The notes beneath the pieces are model-generated. The model did no database searches and was not told the DNA's origin. It saw only the letters and a list, made by a program, of their open reading frames with translations. This document shows positions 62,511 through 64,000 of a stretch of DNA of 64,000 nt, in pieces. Each line of letters starts with the position of its first letter. The stretch's first letter is position 1. The position numbers and the translations under genes are program-made. This DNA is from Balamuthia mandrillaris (Eukaryota): positions 186,001 through 250,000 of the forward strand of contig JAVKOQ020000018.1 of NCBI GenBank assembly GCA_031835245.2. The letters are read 5' to 3'.

Positions 62511-63769
62511 ATGTACCAACCAGCAAGTCACGCCCCCGCCTTCTATAGCGGCCCTTCCGCCACGCCGCCTCCTTCCGATGGCCTCGTGTGGTCCCCTTTT
62601 GACGCACCTCCTCCTCCAACCACCGCTCCTTCTACCTCCAACCAACCGTTCTTCTTCCCCACAACAACAACCTCCACCTCCTCTTCTTTCGATCCCTATT
62701 CCGCGTCCGCTTCTTCCTCTGCTGGAGGAGCGGGGTCAGGTCTTTTCTATCCTTCTACTGCTTCGTCTGGTGCAGCCTATCCTGCTGCAGGTGCTCCTCC
62801 CTACGGGGGCATTCCTCCCACTTTTTATGGCCCTTCTGCTTCTTCCGTTGCCACTACTGCCTTTTATGATTATAGCCAAGAACTACCTCCCCAACAACCA
62901 GCGAGCTTTGATATTTCACCTCCTTCCTCTTCTTCTGATGTATCGCCTCCTTCTTCTTTCGCTGCTTCTGCTTCTTCTTCTGCTTCTGCCAGCGTTACAT
63001 CTGCTAGCGTTACATCAGCACCAAAGAAAAAGAAGAAACCTCTTCCTCTCGATAACGTTTGTCTCTCTTTCTTCTTTGTCTCTTTCTTCTTCTTTCTTCT
63101 CACTCAAAAACAAAAAACAATAAAGTCAACAGAGTACTTCATCAAAGTGGAGTTGCCATTCACCAAAGAGCTGATCAACAGCGTGTTTGACGCGGAGGAG
63201 GTGGAGATCTTTGTCTGCAACATGTCGACCTTTAGCATCCGCCTCAAGAACGTGCGCAACGGAGAGATCATCGCCAAAGTGCCGGCCCCTGGCGGAGACC
63301 TGACCCTCTTCAAAAGCTCGGTGGGCAAGATCAGGTTGAAGTGGAGGCACAATAAGTTCTCCGTGAAGCTGAGGGATGGCACTGACCTCACTCTTCAAGG
63401 GTATGCAAAACTCTTTCATCGTTTCTCTCTTTCTCCCCCATTCTCATCTTGCTTGCTTTTTCTCTTGGTCGTTTGCTTTCTTTATCAAACAAAAAAAGCG
63501 ATCTCCAAAAACGTGAATATACCTTCGTCAACGAAACCGGAGAGACCGTTGCGCTCGTTAGCCAGAAACACAGCGAGGATCGCGGCAGCAATTACTATAG
63601 CCTCTTCCTGACATCAGAGGCTGATCCGCACGTAATCTTCATCACGTGCGCCTGCATCGATTGGAAGTTGAGCAAAGAAGGGAGCAGGCACAGCGGCAGT
63701 CACAGAAGCAAAAAGGAGAAAGACAATTCTCCAAGTCATCGTCGTCGTCTTAGAGATCATTTGAAGTAA
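62511..63769 (+). CDS. Pro/Ser-rich N-terminus + Tubby/LURP-one/scramblase-like C-terminal domain
   Basis: Three exons; LTLQG|DLQKREYTF..VALVSQK..NYYSL..DPHVIFITCACID fits a LURP-one-like pattern. Confidence 0.6.
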
Positions 63770-64000
63770 TCCTGCTTCCTTTCTTTTGTTTTTGTTTTTT
63801 GTATTTGTATTTCTCAGAAAGTTTGTAAAATGAAGGTGAGCATGAATAAAGAAGCATCTTTTCTCTCCTGTTAAAGAAGAAAGCGTAAAAAGCAAGATAA
63901 AAGAAGCAAAGCAGCAAAGCAGAAAGAGTAAAGTTTGGAAACCATTTAGCACAGATTGCTTCACAAGATGTTCGACAAGATGCAAAGGTCGTTGAGTCTT

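Noticed and set aside
63850..64000. Possible 3' end of a further - strand gene
   Set aside because: Too short at the window edge to support a call.

Overview
Gene-dense eukaryotic nuclear DNA. Short GT-AG introns are filled with pyrimidine-rich microsatellites, and intergenic gaps are often under 200 bp. The style suggests an amoebozoan protist such as Balamuthia or Acanthamoeba (inference only). The window holds about 22 protein genes and 2 tRNA genes (Gln-CTG, His-GTG). Housekeeping genes include an M20/ArgE deacylase, YIP1, a DHHC palmitoyltransferase, RNase HII, MPP10, an SLC25 carrier, DDRGK1 and an SPFH protein. Highlights: (1) a ~160 bp inverted repeat whose spacer is an intron, inside an apparently non-coding spliced transcript; (2) an 8-29 kb cluster of three F-box-RhoGEF(DH)-PH paralogues plus a Kelch-RCC1-F-box-Arf fusion whose Arf domain has Pro in place of the catalytic Gln; (3) a decaying BLM/RecQ-like locus interleaved with a WWE-PARP module; (4) a recurrent TGTCGACA palindrome upstream of genes. 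Exon boundaries were read by eye and are approximate unless stated. Family assignments come from recalled motifs, not database searches.
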